Assembly: GCA_030704615.1 (NCBI GenBank)
Contig: CM060731.1
Coordinates: 47,120,001-47,184,000 of the forward strand
Length of the DNA stretch: 64,000 bases
Source of the DNA: Takakia lepidozioides
Lineage: Eukaryota; Plantae; Bryophyta
Reading direction: 5' to 3'
The notes under the pieces are model-generated. The model was not told the origin of the DNA and did no database searches. It saw nothing but the letters and a program-made list of their open reading frames with translations. Shown here piece by piece: positions 61,814-64,000 of the stretch; positions within the stretch are counted from its first letter, which is position 1; every line of letters begins with the position of its first letter. The translations under genes were made by a program, and so were the position numbers.

Positions 61814-63525
61814 CTATACATGAGAAGTAGAAGAGCTTTTCAGAAATTGAAGAACAGCATGATTGAACTCTTTGGGTTTTTCAAGATGAGGAACATGGCC
61901 AGCCTCCTTGATCAGCACCAGCTGTGCTCGCTCCACGCCCACATGCCTGATCCCATGGGCACCACTGTTCAGTTTCGGTAGATTTTCTCTCTCTCCTACA
62001 AACCAAATCCTCATTGCACAATAGCACTGAATCTGGACAGTACTTACCTACTACATCTAGACGTAATCTAGAGCAAGAAGTGAACGTGGTTTAAGAATCT
62101 GGATTGAGCAACTTGTAATTGTACACTCCTGTGCGAGCTAGGAAGGGATTTTTCAAGCGAATTAGCAGATATTTAAATTACACATGTATGATTAATTGAT
62201 AGTTTGTCGGTAAGTACTCACTGTTGCAATTGTTGCGCTAAGTCAAGATTGAATATTCTGTCGTGCTCACCCCACACTAGAAGGGCTTCCTGCAAATGCC
62301 AAATTCTCGCAGTTAGAATCCTTCGTCTTAACCTGGCGTGCGACGATAACTCGTCCTCGATTTGAGCATCTACAGCACTTGTACAGGTCTCAACTAAACT
62401 AGGACGATTTCAAAATTTAAATATTATGAAGAAAAGCTTGCGAGAGAAATGCTGGAACTGGACATCGATCATGTGTACAAAATTTATAGAGAGAATGATC
62501 AGGACTTGCAGACAACTGACCTGTGTAATGGTCGGCAGAGGCCTCGCAAGGTCCGTGCCAATGATCAGCGCTTGTAACAACTCAATCCTTTCTTCTCTCA
62601 TGTCTTCGTATAGGACCTGTTTGATGCGGTCGGAGAAAAATTATCAGACTGTTGGCATACAATGGTCAAGGAGGAAGGTTCAATCTTGCAGATCATACTA
62701 TTTCCCGTGGCCAACTTACAATTCACCCAGGTGTAGAAAGATCAATATGTCTTCAAGAATCTAGTCAAACTTTTATTAAAATCATTCCCAAATTAATGCA
62801 ACATGATGAGACTGGTTTGGCGAGATGTATATTACCTTGAGAATGTCTCGGCACAGGAAGCCAGGAAGGTGATGTGGCTTGTAGCTTCCAAGATTTAGAG
62901 TAGTTCTCAGTCCTTTCTCAGTCACAGGCAGAAGAACCTCTGTGATATCTGACGCGCCACACAGTTCCAGCACCTCATCATTTGAACTTGGGACCATGCA
63001 CACGCCCGTGCTACAGAAGATAACTCTGGTGACAAGGCTAGGAAAGAGATGAGCCATACGGAAGGCGACCATGCCACCATAGCTTGTGCCTAGCACAGTG
63101 ACCGCTGATACACCTAGCTCTTGCAGCATCTTCGCCATACATTCCGCCTGAAAAGACTCTGAGCGCTGCAAGGATACCGTTGTCGACTCCCCAAAGAACA
63201 ATAAATCTGGTATGTACAAAGAGTAGTGTTTCCCAAACGATGCCACCTGATTTTCCCAGTTAAGCATACCGTTCCCCATGAACCCATGGATAAGCAGAAG
63301 TGCTGGCTTCTGACTTCTGCTATTATCTACAATTGTGGCCGCATTGTGCACCTTCTGACTAGTCATTCTTCTGTCTGTTGGAAGGTTGTCTCTGGGGACC
63401 CAGCAGTGCATGGTCGTCCCGTCACTAAGTTCTATAAGCTTAGATTGCAAACCTTGACTTTTGTAATAGGCTCGTAGCCTGTTCAGTTTGAATTCCACCA
63501 AACTAATGTTAAAACAACCCACCAT
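61814..63525 (-). CDS. Alpha/beta-hydrolase, copy 2 (tandem paralogue), 4 exons, 328 aa
   Basis: Exons 63525-62836, 62616-62521, 62289-62222, 61946-61814 (987 nt). Same catalytic motifs; near-identical to copy 1. Confidence 0.92.
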
Positions 63526-64000
63526 GTTACGTTTGCTGGAAGATGAGAGCTTGTGTGCAGGCTGAGCGATGGGATGCTAGCGGATGTACTTCAATCCAGA
63601 TATGGGGACGCAACTCCTGATAGTGATTGAGAAAGAGATAGCGCGGGGGCGAGAGAGAGAGCCGTAGGTAACAACTTCGTCAATCCAGATATTACTCCTG
63701 ATATTGACTGAGAGAGAGATAGCGCGGAGGCGAGAGGGAGAGCCGTAGGTAACAACTTCGAATATAACAGTAAGGACCACTTCAATAGATGTAAAGGGGG
63801 CAACAGAGTCTAACAAATCGTTTGTGCCAGAGAAATTAGACTGGAATCGGGAACTCTGGACACAAACACAGTGTGCTCCTAAAATGTCGAGGAGATGACG
63901 ATGACTGGAAAATCTGCTAGAAAGACTTTGACGTCAAGCTAACAAAAGAAGCTCGCGAAATCAGAAGAAAGCCCTGATGAAGAACTGCAAGCTCAGAACA

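Noticed and set aside
56525-63525. Exactly 7000-bp spacing of the two hydrolase start codons as an artefact
   Set aside because: The offsets of downstream exons differ and the copies have many substitutions and indels, so this is coincidence.

Overview
Eukaryotic land-plant nuclear DNA, probably a non-seed plant (inferred from the multi-intron Toc64 gene, a PLS-type PPR remnant and algal-type TE lineages). Left end: a head-to-head pair of amidase-signature paralogues. One is a complete 13-exon TM-amidase-TPR TOC64 gene (+, 5111-10958) that keeps the Lys-Ser-Ser triad. The other is a partial paralogue (-, 262-2996) with the catalytic Lys and nucleophile Ser replaced. Centre (~12-54 kb): a nest of transposons. 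It contains a Ty3/gypsy element with a dUTPase remnant between protease and RT, a 13.5-kb CACTA element inserted in that element's 3' LTR (itself carrying a nested non-autonomous CACTA and an RTEX-like LINE), and an intact intronless ARFRP1-type GTPase gene. It also contains a second gypsy fragment with a C5-cytosine methyltransferase remnant and an open integrase-PHD reading frame, a 1.2-kb array of CG-rich palindromes, and a decayed hAT transposase interrupted by a fragment resembling an N4C/N6A DNA methyltransferase. Right end: a PPR remnant and two tandem 4-exon alpha/beta-hydrolase genes (-), separated by MITE/SINE insertions and a diverged copy of the TOC64 3' flank. The most notable theme is transposon-borne nucleotide/DNA-modifying and chromatin-reading domains. 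All domain calls are by-eye motif recognition, not database searches.
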